Of a stretch of DNA of 64,000 bases, positions 12,944-25,238 are shown piece after piece. Positions within the stretch are counted from its first letter, which is position 1, and each line of letters begins with the position of its first letter. Source of the stretch: Eledone cirrhosa (Eukaryota); NCBI GenBank assembly GCA_964016885.1, contig OZ024743.1, positions 182,714,001 through 182,778,000 on the forward strand, written 5' to 3'. Under the pieces are notes generated by a model that was not told the DNA's origin, made no database searches, and saw only the letters and a list, made by a program, of their open reading frames with translations. The position numbers were made by a program, and so were the translations under genes.

Positions 12944-13350
12944 TGGTGGCTGCCAACTCGTTTTCGAGTACGGCCACTACTTTATATCCATGTAGGAGAA
13001 CCCCTACCGATGCGCTGAACGAGTGTGACTTTTTAGTCCAGCCAGTGACTTGAAAACTCTGGTACAAAGACTACACTTGTGACCATTGTTGACACATAGT
13101 GCAGGGCCCATGGCACCATGTGACGACAAGTGCAGAGAGATCTCCAGATATAAAGCAATGCCTGTGCCGTGAAGCTTTTATAGTGAGCAAAGGCACTGCA
13201 CAAAGCCAGTCCCACTCTCTTAACCAAGATGATATTTACCAAAAAGAAGAACAAGTCAACATCATTGGATACCATCAGGGTTGCAGGTGTTATATCAGAG
13301 TTTTCCTTCTCCTAGAATTCTGCCTTGACAAAGGCTAAGGGATCGTCTCT
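12944..13350 (-). repeat. Dispersed repeat (RTE-5'UTR-like, with C2H2 finger remnant), copy 1
   Basis: Closely similar to 18948-19350. The minus strand contains ctaggagaaggaaaactctga and a [22 protein letters not shown] finger. Confidence 0.55.
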
Positions 13351-13733
13351 CATATATATACACATATATATATATACATATATATACACATATATATATA
13401 TATATACATATATATACACATATATATATACATATATAGACATATATATATACATATATATACACATATATATATACATATATATACACATATATATATA
13501 TACATATATATACACATATATATATACATATATATACACACATATATATATATATATACACATATATATATACATATATATACACATATATATATACATA
13601 TATATACACATATATATATATATACATATATATACACATATATATATATATATACATATATATACACATATATATACACACATATATATATATGTACATA
13701 TATATACACATATATATACACATATATATATAG

Positions 13734-13771
<38 letters not shown>

Positions 13772-13931
13772 ATATATATACATATATATACACACATATA
13801 TATACATATATATACACATATATATATATACATATATATACACATATATATACACATATATATATATATATACATATATATACACATATACACATATATA
13901 TATACATATATATACATATATATACACATAT
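13351..13931. repeat. (TA)n/(TACA)n compound microsatellite
   Basis: Seen directly in the sequence. Confidence 0.95.
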
Positions 13932-15029
13932 AAGCTAACTAAGAACATAGATTTTACATGTGGCCGGTGTTCTGGTGCAATAAGTAGCAGCAAGTGCCCA
14001 CAAAATACTAGCTCTTTCAATTGCGCAGAGGGTTCTATAGAAATAGTGGACAGCTTCCGTTACCTGGGTGATAAAATCAGCAGTGGGGGAGGGTGCTCTG
14101 AAAGTACTGTAGCTAGAGTCAGAACTGGTTGGAAAAAGTTCAGAGAGCTTATACCACTATTAGCTGCTAAAGGGTTCTCCCTAAAAATGAAAGGCAGGTT
14201 GTACGATGCCTGCATACGAACAGCAATGTTGCATGGCAGTGAGACCTGGGCATTGTGTGCAGAGGATATACGCAGACTAGAGAGGAACGAAGCTTGCATG
14301 CTCCGCTGGATGTGTAACAGTAATATACGTGAACGGCAAAGCAGAAACGAACTAAGGAAAAAATGAGAGATAAGAGGGATCAGATGTTGTTTACTCGAGA
14401 GAAGGCTACGTTGGTATGGACACTTGATGCGCATGAAAGTCGATAGCTGTATAACAAAGTGCAGGGCAATAAAGATAGACGGTAGTCACGGAATAGGCAG
14501 ACCTAGAAAAACCTGGGACGAGCTGATAAACTCCGACATCACACACTTACACCTCTCCAAGACAATGTCACTGGACCGAGACCTTTGGCGGTACTCAGTA
14601 ACAGAGAAGACCCGCCTTACCTAAATATATATAGTAAAACCTACTCCAGCCAGTAGGCATCTCTAACAAAATACACCCCGTCCCACCACCACCACCCCCA
14701 CCCCATCCACACCACCCCGTTCTATGTAAAGTTATGTTGGTGCCGCGCCATCCAGGCCGAAACAAATGAGATCGTGTAGGTGTCACGACAAAAAAACACA
14801 CAGTCCACGCTGTAATGAGGCCGTGTAGGCAACACGGTAAAAACCTCCCAGACCCACACTGTAAATGTGGTTGGTGTTAGGAAGGGCATCCAACTGTAGA
14901 AAACCTGCCAGACAGTCCTATGCGAGCAAGACAATCACTCTTGCCTCAAGTGGGACTACCCCCGTCCAAACCCATGCAAGCGTGGAACACGGGACGTTAA
15001 ACGTTGATGATGATGATGATGATGATGAT
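13932..15029 (+). mobile_element. RTE-clade LINE 3' fragment with (GAT)n tail
   Basis: [42 protein letters not shown]. The 3' UTR ends in a GAT repeat. Confidence 0.88.
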
Positions 15030-15275
15030 ATACACATATATATATACATATATATATATACATATATATACACATATATATATGCATATATATACATATA
15101 TATATATACATATATATACATATACATATATATACACATATATATATATACATATATATACACATATATACACACATATATACATATATATACATATATA
15201 TATACATATATATACATATATATACATATACATATATATACATATATATACATATACATATATATATATATATAT

Positions 15276-18200
15276 TATACTATGCCGTCTGTCCCCTCAC
15301 CTCCTGATTCCTCTCTCTCTATACTACTAAATACAATTCCAAATAAATGTTTTTCTCTATATATTAAGAATTATTTCAAGAGTAACTCACTATTTTGAAA
15401 ATTTGGACTGTGAACAACAATTATAATTGAGTGGCTGCTATTTGCAGTATAGCAATATAAGGTTGCACTTACCAATGAAACGGTCGTAAATACCTGGATA
15501 AAATCCTTCTCTTAATGCTTACCTGTGTTTTCTCTTTTATACTTTATACTCCAAGATTGAACGGAATTCTTACAAACTTGTGGAGTTACCCCTAACCGTT
15601 CGTTGAAACCATCCATGAAACTGGCTTTCTTAACCAAAAACGGGATCACAATAAGCAACTTTTTGCTTCTCTAACTACAGGCCCCTTATCGGTCGAGCAA
15701 CCACCTAAACATACGGTACTACTATGGAAAAGCATTACATAGGTATGTCCCTAAAGAACATTCCTATACCTCGGAGAAAGGATTATACTCTCGGGATGAT
15801 ACAGCGAACAAACGACTTTACACGCAGAGTTAGATGGAAAACTTTCCATTTCGACAAAGGACGTAATGGTCGCACCGTGGAATATAACAAGGAAACATAC
15901 GGCTTCAAATCGTGTAAAAACCCACCTACCAACCCTCAACTGGTTGCCTTTGAACAGGACTTACTGAAGATGATTATGAATATCAAATTCATAAAGCGGA
16001 GGAATAATAAACTCCAGAATGACATAAATACATTCATAAAAAAGCTGCGAACCACCAATGGAATTATTGTCAAAGCGGACAAAACATCAAATGTGTATAC
16101 GATGGATGTTAATACATACAATAGCTTCATACGGAAGGAATTACATAGGAAATACAAAAAAACAAATGAGGCGGCACTGATAAACATCAACAACGAGGCA
16201 CACAATATAGTCAAACACCTAGGATTAAACGACAGAACGGAGCCATTTAGGCCATGTACCCCCACATTTAACCTCAAAGACCACAAGGTAAATTTTGATT
16301 ATAACCCCACTATTAGACTTATATGCCCGTCCAAATCGGACATCGGGAAAATTAGTAAACATATATTAGACAGAGTGATAGCACAAATGAAGAATAAACT
16401 AGTGATTAAACTATGGGGTAAGGCTACCGAAACAATTAAGTGGTTTAACAATATAGCTAACAAAGAAGTATCTAAATTTATACAATTTGACATTAACGAT
16501 TATTACTCATCTATATCCCCCAACACCTTGGATAAAGCCTTAGCATTCGCCAAAGCCAATTCTGACATAACAGATGACGAGATAAAAATCATATTAGCTG
16601 CTAGGAAAACAATAATTAAATTTGAAAACGCCTATTGGGAACGTAAGGATAGATTAAATAACTTTGACATCACGATGGGGGCTAACGACTCGGCTCAAGT
16701 CACAGACTTAGTAGGTATTTACATAGCCCATAGTTGACAAAGCGAGTTTAGCAACCTTCACGGTGGAATCTACAGAGACGACGCCTTTCTCCTGGTTAAG
16801 AACCTAAATAACCAGAGCATAGAAAGACTCCGTAAGAATATTAGAAAGACTCTCGGGAAACTGGGCCTTAGCATAACGTATGAGTATAGCACTAAAACAG
16901 TTAACTTTCTAGATGTGACGCTTAACCTAAATACGGGACTTATAAGACCTTTTCACAAGATTAATGAAAACTTAGCATACATCAACTGTAACTCAAACCA
17001 CCCACTATCAATAATTAAATCCATTCCACGCAGCATATCCCTTAGGATCTCCCGCCTCTCATCTAACCGACAAATCTTCGAAGAACATGCAGAATACTAC
17101 AATACCGCATTAGACAAGGCAGGCCACTTAGATAGAATAGAATATATAGATGAAAGCCTCCGTGAAGCGCACACGAACACGCATAACACAAACTCCAGAA
17201 ACACACGCATACACACATTTACGCATAGAACTGCGAAGTATACGGCAAATAGAAATACAACATCGAAATCAAACAAATCACACAGTAGAAAATATATTTG
17301 GTATAACCCCATATTTAACACCTCTATTAGTACTAACCTACCCTCTACCGTCTTTAGAATAATAAATAAGCACTTTCCAGATTCACATAGATACAGCAAA
17401 ATCCTTAACACTAAATCTATTAGACTATCTTACTCCACGGCACCAAATATAGAGGCATACATTAAGATGCTTAACGCTAAAAAGATACATAACAACACCA
17501 AAACACAAATTTACAATAACAATACAATTACCACCGAACACAACAGAATATCTAATACACAACCACCCGCTAGTAGGCAAACAAAACGTAACACACTTGT
17601 TCAGGCATCGCAGCCCACCAATAATGCCAAAGTTGCCCATGACAAGAACTGTAACTGCCACCTACCTGAAACCTGTCCATTACATAATGAATGTATGCAG
17701 TCTAACCTGGTTTACCAATCCACAGTGGAATCAGACAACCAGAAATGGTATTACATCGAAGCGACTGGGAATACATTTAAAGCCTGTTGGTATACACACC
17801 GTTACGCAATGAAACATTCCCAGCACCGTTATGTAACTACCCTTGTAAACAAGACCTGGCAACTGAGGGAAAGTAACCATCAATACACCCTGAAGTGGAA
17901 AAAATTATCAAACGCGCCCCCATATCGGAGTGGTATGAGAAGCTGTCGATTATGCGACCTTGAACTGTTCCACATCTTAAGTTCGAAGAATAGGTTACTC
18001 AACAATAAAATCGAGAGATCAATTTATTGTAACCATAGACTCAAAGAAAAGTTTTCGCACTACAAATCGAACCCTTAACCTCTTACTACCAACTGACAAA
18101 CTGCATATACTTAGACTTTATACCCTCTTATATCTAAACCCTTTAATTACCCACAAAACCAATACATATATCCCCCTCTCCTCCCTCATTCCTCTTCTAT

Positions 18201-18786
18201 TTCTTCGTTTTCTTCCCCCTTCTTGGCTATCTTTTCTTTTCTTCTTTCTCACCCCCTTCTTTGCTTTTATTTTTGTCATTATTATCTTTTTTTTTTTATA
18301 TATATATATATATTTATCTCTTTATATCTCCCCCCCCTCTCTCTCTCTCCCTCTCTATCCATCCCTCCCACTATTATCTATTTAATTCTCTTTAACTCAC
18401 TACACTCCAGGACATGATGTCTGCTATCAAAACTGACCAAAGAATCCTTCCACCTCTACCCCTCCCTCCATCTCAGTTTGTCATTCTACTTCCTACCTCT
18501 TCCCCCTTCCTCTCTCTCTATACTATGCCGTCTGTCCTCTCACCTCCTGATTCCTCTCTCTCTATACTAGTAAATACAATTCCAAATAAATGTTTTTCTC
18601 TATATATTAAGAATTATTTCAAGAGTAACTCACTATTTTGAAAATTTGGACTGTGAACAACAATTATAATTGAGTGGCTGCTATTTGCAGCATAGCAATA
18701 TAAGGTTGCACTTACCAATGAAACGGTCGTAAATACCTGGATAAAATCCTTCTCTTAATGCTTACCTGTGTTTTCTCTTTTATACT
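15276..18786 (+). mobile_element. Near full-length Hydra-like PLE with direct pLTRs
   Basis: Direct repeats at 15276-15543 and 18518-18786 flank the RT-EN ORF. (TA)n lies on both sides. Confidence 0.92.
15724..18078 (+). pseudogene. PLE RT-GIY-YIG ORF interrupted by a single in-frame TGA at 16735
   Basis: ORFs 15724-16737 and 16915-18078 share a frame. The intervening sequence reads QSEFSNLHGGIYRDDAF. Downstream motifs are CNCHLPETCPL, VYQSTV..YYIEATG and CRLC. Confidence 0.88.
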
Positions 18787-18865
18787 ATATATATATATAT
18801 ACATATATATACATATATATATATATACATATACATACATATATATATATATACATATACATACA

Positions 18866-18899
<34 letters not shown>

Positions 18900-18947
18900 C
18901 ATATACATACATATATATATACATATATATATACATACATATATATA

Positions 18948-19530
18948 TGGTGGCTGCCAACTCGTTTTCGAGTACGGCCACTACTTTATATCCATGTAGG
19001 AGAACCCCTACTGATGCGCTGAACGAGTCTGACTTTTTAGTCCAGCCAGCAACTTGAAAACTCTGGTACAAACACTACACTTGTGACAATTATTGACACA
19101 TAGTGCTGGGCCCATGGTACCATGTTACGACAAGTGCAGAGAGATCTCCAGATATAAAGCAAGGCCTGTGTCGTGAAGCTTTTATAGTGAGCAAAGGCAC
19201 TGCACAAAGCCAGTCCCACTCTCTTAACCAAGATGATATTTGTCAAAAAGAAGAACAAGTCAACATCATTGGATACCATCAGGGTTGCAGGTATTATATC
19301 AGAGTTTTCCTTCTCCTAGAATTCTGCCTTGACAAAGGCTAAGGGGTCATCTCTCCCGGTGAATTTGGATGGCCATTGACTCTTAACAGCTCCTTTGACC
19401 TTTGACAGGTTTTGTTTTTAGTCCTGCAGGATGTCCAGTCACCCTCCTCACCAAGAAACCTTGGTGGGGTTGCCACTTTAGTCGCCAACGACCCGACCAT
19501 GAGACAGGTTGTACTGGGATACATGTTACC
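18948..19530 (-). repeat. Dispersed repeat (RTE-5'UTR-like), copy 2, longer
   Basis: Has the same left boundary (ggtggctgccaactcg) as the copy at 12944. Confidence 0.55.
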
Positions 19531-19760
19531 ATATATATATATATACATATATATATACACACATATATATATATACACACATATATATAGATACATATAT
19601 ATATATACACACATATATATATATATACACATATATATACACACATATATATATACACACACATATATATACACACACATATATATATATATATATACAC
19701 ACATATATATACACACATATATATATATACATATATACACACACATACATATATATACAT

Positions 19761-19799
<39 letters not shown>

Positions 19800-20125
19800 T
19801 ATATATATATATATATACACACACACATATATACACATATATATACATACATATATACACACACATATATACACACATATATATACACACATATATACAC
19901 ACACACACACATATATATATATACATATATACACATATATATATATATACACATATATACACACACATATATATATATACACATATATACACACATATAT
20001 ATATATATATACATATATACACATATATATATATATATACACATATATATATATACACACATATATATATATATACATATACATATAAATATATATACAT
20101 ATATATACATATATATATATATATT
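19531..20125. repeat. (TA)/(CA) compound microsatellite
   Basis: Seen directly in the sequence. Confidence 0.95.
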
Positions 20126-20312
20126 TATTCAGGTTTGAGGTTCACCACTGGTCTATTCCGTATGGTCAATCGTAATGCAATAGTATAGAGAGTACTCAAC
20201 GTAAAGTAGTTCAACCGTCTTTGTTTTTGTAGTTGGTGGTGCTATTACGGAGTTAAATATTATAATGAAATGACAGGAGGCTGGATTTGTGTAAATCCTT
20301 GAAAGGTTTATT

Positions 20313-20370
20313 ATACTATGATCATTTCAATGACCGGGTTCCGTATGAATCCGGTGATATCATCAGGTAT
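20313..20370 (-). ncRNA. Type I hammerhead in a non-autonomous pLTR-like repeat (20126-20560)
   Basis: The reverse complement reads ATAC-CTGATGA-tatcaccggattc..gaacccggtcatt-GAAA-TGATCA-TA-GTAT. A second copy is at 35883-35940. Confidence 0.75.
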
Positions 20371-20623
20371 TCGAAATATAATACGTGAATGTAATAGGTA
20401 AAATCCATGGGGCTGAAAATCGAGACCCGAGGGCGACCGCTATTCTGTTCCTTCAACCTCAGCCGGTCGCCCTGGAGTGACGTGGCTAAATTTTATAGTA
20501 TGCTACTACCGGTCAGATGAACGAAAACAGAAAGAGATGGGAGCATAGGTTAACGTCGATTATATATATATATACATATATATATATATACATATACATA
20601 CATATATATATACATATATATAC

Positions 20624-20667
<44 letters not shown>

Positions 20668-20683
20668 TTAGTATATATGTATA

Positions 20684-20721
<38 letters not shown>

Positions 20722-20952
20722 TATACATATATATATATATATACATATATATACATATATACTAAATACATATATACATATATACATATATACATATATA
20801 CTAAATGAAACTACTAAATGAAACTATTGACCTCCCAGTAGCCTGTCTCACAGCAGGAAACGCCACATCCTTTCTCTGGCCCAGCAGTCCAATCATCACC
20901 ACTGCCAACATCTTCTTCTCTGCCTACTACTACTACTACTACTACAACATCT

Positions 20953-21582
20953 TTGGCTACTGCTATCTCAAGGAATTTACCTTATAATTTACCTTCTAAT
21001 ACCAGTACAAGAACTCTCCCTCCCACAGTCCACAAAGGTCGTCAAATCCTACTCAAACCATCATCTACACCTCTCACAACACACACACCCACATACCCAC
21101 CCACTCGAAACCCCATCATTTGCCACTACTCTCTACGCTATAGAATATGTACGGATAGTGACTGCAAATTCACCCATTTACCTAGGACAAAACGATCTAT
21201 CCCCACAAACAGACACCACCATAATACATACTCTAATTTAACACCAACACAACCACCAATAACTCAAACAAGGAATCCACAAATCTGCCGCTTTTCCCTG
21301 CGAGACAGATTGTGTTTAGACCGGGATTGTCCCTTTACCCATTTCCCGGGGACCCGTCGGACAAATGAAAATAAAATAAAAAATAAAAGCAAAAACAAAA
21401 ACCATAACCTACATAAAAATAACCACTACCACAGTCACCAACAGTCTTCTAAACAGGAAACTTCTTCCTCTTTTTTAGCCATAATGAATCTGGCAAAAGA
21501 ACTGGAAAAAAACATTCGAGCTATCACCCAGCACCACCCTCCACTATCACCCCACTGCACAAACTCCCATTGCTGCCATTAA
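20953..21582 (+). CDS. LINE ORF1 (partial) with two CCCH-type zinc fingers
   Basis: CHYSLRYRICTDSDCKFTH and CRFSLRDRLCLDRDCPFTH. The true start is uncertain. Confidence 0.65.
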   Translation: MATAISRNLPYNLPSNTSTRTLPPTVHKGRQILLKPSSTPLTTHTPTYPPTRNPIICHYSLRYRICTDSDCKFTHLPRTKRSIPTNRHHHNTYSNLTPTQPPITQTRNPQICRFSLRDRLCLDRDCPFTHFPGTRRTNENKIKNKSKNKNHNLHKNNHYHSHQQSSKQETSSSFLAIMNLAKELEKNIRAITQHHPPLSPHCTNSHCCH

Positions 21583-24500
21583 CAAACAAACAAATTAACA
21601 ACACACCAAAACAATTAAAACCATCCACTCTCGCCTCTACATTTTTGCTTAACGCCCAAGGCATCAGCCCTTCCACCAATACTCAAAAATGGAAGATCAA
21701 ATTCCTGGAGGACTGGAATCATGTCCATCCAAACCACATCCCTTTCTTCGTCCTCACTGAAACCCATCTCAGTAACCTCCACTTGGAAGCCGAGGTGAAA
21801 GTGAAAAATTTCAAAGCCATCCGTGCTGATCGCGCTGGCAGAAGAAAGGGCAGAACTGCCATTTATGTCCATAATTCTTTCTCAACAGAGGCTATGAACA
21901 TATTCACTAATGGATACTTTGAAGCAGTCACTGTATTCAGTCAAACCAACAACCTAATAGTAGTTGGGCTCTATAGGCCACCCCAAACGCCTGTACCATG
22001 CTTCAAGGAATGCCTCAACAGCATAAAGTGTTTCATCCAAGAGTGTCACCCTGACAACATCTTAATGATGGGGGACTTCAACCTCCCCGGAGTTGACTGG
22101 TCCACAAACAGCCTGCCACCAGGTTCTTCTGCCTCAACCTCTGACAGGGAAGCAGTGGAATCGCTTCTTGACTTCATGGATGATTTCTTCCTATCCCAAC
22201 TGGTGCTCGAACCAACGAGGTGCCACAAAAACGTCCTAGACTTAATTTTCAGCAATCACACTGACAATATCCACAATATTGCAGTGGAGAAAACTCTACT
22301 CTCTGATCATGACATGGTTCTCTGTGATCTGAGATTCCACCGTCCAATATACAAACCCAATGTCATCTCTCCTGTCCATCCGTTTGACGCTATGGATTTC
22401 CACAATGCAAACTGGGAAGCGATCAGTCATGATCTTGCACATGTCGACTGGTCCTTCACGCACACTCATACACCCACTAACATCAAAAAGTCCTGGCAGA
22501 CATTTGTGGACACTGTTACAAACATATGTGCTAAACACACCCCATTAAGAACTATAAACAAATCTAAGAGCAGAATCCCTAGAAATAGAAAAACGCTCAT
22601 CAGAAAAATTAAGAGAACGAACAAAAAAATCAACAAGCTGAAATACTGTCAGCAGCAACACATCAACTTGACTGCCATTTCATCACTAGAGATTAAAAAA
22701 CATAACCTCCAAAACAACATAATGTCCCTCATCAACAATCAGAGAAGAGCTGAAGAGGCCTGGGCCATTGAGAAGATCAAACTCAATCCCAAAGTGTTCT
22801 TTTCATTTGCAAAAAAACACAAAATCACTGGCTCTGCTGTTGGCCCTCTAATTGATGAAAATGGCACTCTTCAAGACAATGCTAAAACCATGGGTGAGAT
22901 ACTGCAGAAACAATACTGCTCTGTTTTCAGCAATCCTGATATGGCCGATCTGGGCTGTATCGGCGATGTTACTCCCCATTACACCTTATCGGACATAACG
23001 TTTGGCGCCCCTGATGTCTTAGCGGCAATAAAGGAAATCAAGCATAATTCAGCAGTAGGTCCCGATAGGTTCCCTGCTTGTGTCTTGAAGGCGTGTCAAC
23101 ACCAACTTGCATCTCCTCTTGCCAATCTGTGGCGGAACTCACTGGATGCTGGATATGTGCCAGAAAACCTTCTATCCCAGTCTGTTGTCCCAGTTTTCAA
23201 AAAGGGAAACAAATCCCTTGCCGTGAATTACCGTCCAATCTCACTCACCTCTCATATCATTAAGGTATTTGAGAGAGTGGTGAGATCGCGAATGACCCAC
23301 TTCCTTGAGAGTAACAATATGCTGAACTCCAACCAGCATGGATTCCGTAATGGAAGGGATTGCCTGACGCAGCTACTGCATCACTTTGATGACATTTTGA
23401 GAGCCTTGGGAGAGGGTTCCAACACTGATGTTATCTACCTTGATTTCAGCAAGGCCTTTGACAGGGTTGATCATAACATTCTACTGAGAAAGCTGTCCAA
23501 TATCGGTGTCACTGGAAAGCTGCTGCAGTGGATCAAGAGCTTCCTGTCAAACAGAACCCAACATGTTGTAGTTGAAGGAGTCAAATCCAGCCCAGCCAAA
23601 GTCAGTAGTGGGGTCCCACAAGGCACTGTGTTGGGCCCACTTCTCTTCATCATCTATATTAATGACATCACTGACATCATCAAACACAGCAACATTAAAA
23701 TTTTCGCTGATGATTCCAAGCTCCAAAAGGTCATCAATGGCGTGGATGACCGGATAAGCCTTCAGTCAGACCTACTGGCTGTTACCCAATGGGCGGAAAA
23801 GAACAACATGTTACTGAACGAAGACAAATTCGAACTGATCCACTTTGGAAAAGAGGATGCTCTGAAACTCCCGTACTCCATTCCCTCCGGGGAAACTCTC
23901 GTGGCATCTAACAACATCAGAGACTTGGGAATAACCGTGGACAGCAACATAAGCTGGGCCACGCATATAAGCAGCAAAGTTGACATGGCCCGCAGAATGT
24001 GTTCCTGGATCCTCAGAACCTTCCAGTCGAGAGATTCCCACACCATTATCCTTCTCTTCTCTACTTTTGCCCGACCACACCTTGAATACTGTTGTCCACT
24101 GTGGTCTCCCCACACGAAACAAAGTATCATGAAACTTGAAGCTCCTCAAAGGGCAATCACGAAAAAGATAGATGGCATGTCAGACCTTGACTACTGGGGT
24201 CGACTAGAAAACCTGAAACTTTACTCACTCCAACGTCGCCGTGAGCGTTATATTATCTGCATGATGTGGAAAATGTTCCATCATCACTGCCCAAATGATG
24301 TTGGCATCGCCTTCAAGATACACCCAAGGCTTGGGCCCCGTGCTATCCGTCCCATACAAAAATCTAAATCGCAACTCATAACAACAATACGGCACAATTA
24401 TTTCACCTCAATCGGCCCTGCTCTCTTCAACATCACACCAGGACACGTCAAAACAGAAACTGACCACACAAAATTCAAGAAGTCTTTGGACAAATTCCTC

Positions 24501-24590
24501 CAAGTAATCCCAGACAAACCACCCACACCCGGATATGTCTCCGCAAACAGTAATTCTCTTCTCGAATGGGCCATGGTGCCCAAATCCTGA
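21570..24590 (+). CDS. LINE ORF2: APE endonuclease + reverse transcriptase, uninterrupted (~1000 aa)
   Basis: EN motifs LNAQG, LTETHL, MGDFN, LDLI and SDH. RT motifs NYRPISLTS, QHGFR, YLDFSKAFD, SGVPQGTVLGPLLF and FADD. Confidence 0.95.
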   Translation: MLPLTNKQINNTPKQLKPSTLASTFLLNAQGISPSTNTQKWKIKFLEDWNHVHPNHIPFFVLTETHLSNLHLEAEVKVKNFKAIRADRAGRRKGRTAIYVHNSFSTEAMNIFTNGYFEAVTVFSQTNNLIVVGLYRPPQTPVPCFKECLNSIKCFIQECHPDNILMMGDFNLPGVDWSTNSLPPGSSASTSDREAVESLLDFMDDFFLSQLVLEPTRCHKNVLDLIFSNHTDNIHNIAVEKTLLSDHDMVLCDLRFHRPIYKPNVISPVHPFDAMDFHNANWEAISHDLAHVDWSFTHTHTPTNIKKSWQTFVDTVTNICAKHTPLRTINKSKSRIPRNRKTLIRKIKRTNKKINKLKYCQQQHINLTAISSLEIKKHNLQNNIMSLINNQRRAEEAWAIEKIKLNPKVFFSFAKKHKITGSAVGPLIDENGTLQDNAKTMGEILQKQYCSVFSNPDMADLGCIGDVTPHYTLSDITFGAPDVLAAIKEIKHNSAVGPDRFPACVLKACQHQLASPLANLWRNSLDAGYVPENLLSQSVVPVFKKGNKSLAVNYRPISLTSHIIKVFERVVRSRMTHFLESNNMLNSNQHGFRNGRDCLTQLLHHFDDILRALGEGSNTDVIYLDFSKAFDRVDHNILLRKLSNIGVTGKLLQWIKSFLSNRTQHVVVEGVKSSPAKVSSGVPQGTVLGPLLFIIYINDITDIIKHSNIKIFADDSKLQKVINGVDDRISLQSDLLAVTQWAEKNNMLLNEDKFELIHFGKEDALKLPYSIPSGETLVASNNIRDLGITVDSNISWATHISSKVDMARRMCSWILRTFQSRDSHTIILLFSTFARPHLEYCCPLWSPHTKQSIMKLEAPQRAITKKIDGMSDLDYWGRLENLKLYSLQRRRERYIICMMWKMFHHHCPNDVGIAFKIHPRLGPRAIRPIQKSKSQLITTIRHNYFTSIGPALFNITPGHVKTETDHTKFKKSLDKFLQVIPDKPPTPGYVSANSNSLLEWAMVPKS

Positions 24591-24719
24591 ATTGAAAGAC
24601 TTCGCCAGGTGGTGCTATTAAGTTAGACATGGCCTGGGCCAATACTGGCCAAAACATTTCAAAGTTATTCAAAGTTAAGTTATATATATATACATATATA
24701 TCCATATATATATGTAAAT

Positions 24720-25202
24720 ATCTTTAAGTCGTTTGGAAGCCTCGACAATGCAAATGGGTAAATCTCCGGGTAACAAGGTCCGGTGGTGGAGAGAGAGATG
24801 TAAGTGGGTGTACGTTGAGATGCGTGGTGTGTATAAGACGTGTGAGATGTGTAGAATGAAGGGAAGAGTATAAAGGATAAAAATAAAAATAACAACACAA
24901 GAGAGAGTTACCTTGGGAGAGATTTAATAGTCCCTATATATTTCGGATTCACATCCATCAACTGGGGTTTTTTTCCGGGGTGGGGGAAAAGGTTGTCTGT
25001 CGGACAAGTCCGGAACGCGTCTTTCGCTGTTTGCTGTTTTGAATATCTGAGGTATTCGGCAGAGCGCGTGTGCGCGTGAAATGGGGTCGGTCGTACAGAG
25101 GTCAGCGGCCGAATGAGGGAGTGGGATGGCACTAGCTGTCAGTCCATTCTCTGCCTGTTTGTTAAATGTTACTGTGTGTGTGCATGTGTTGTTGTCTCGC
25201 TT

Positions 25203-25238
<36 letters not shown>

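Larger units (their letters stand above)
20805..24680 (+). mobile_element. CR1-group LINE, ORF1 + intact ORF2, inserted in (TA)n
   Basis: Two overlapping ORFs and a short 3' UTR ending aaagttattcaaagttaagt, flanked by TA tracts. Confidence 0.9.

Noticed and set aside
16735-16737. Selenocysteine or readthrough at the in-frame TGA
   Set aside because: It aligns to Leu, not Cys, in paralogues. A single TTA>TGA change explains it, and no SECIS was recognised.
24930-24968. Hammerhead in the Poseidon-like pLTR (minus strand)
   Set aside because: Stem II (ggat/atcc) and GAAA-tata-TA are present, but the core reads CAGTTGA. This is too degenerate to call.
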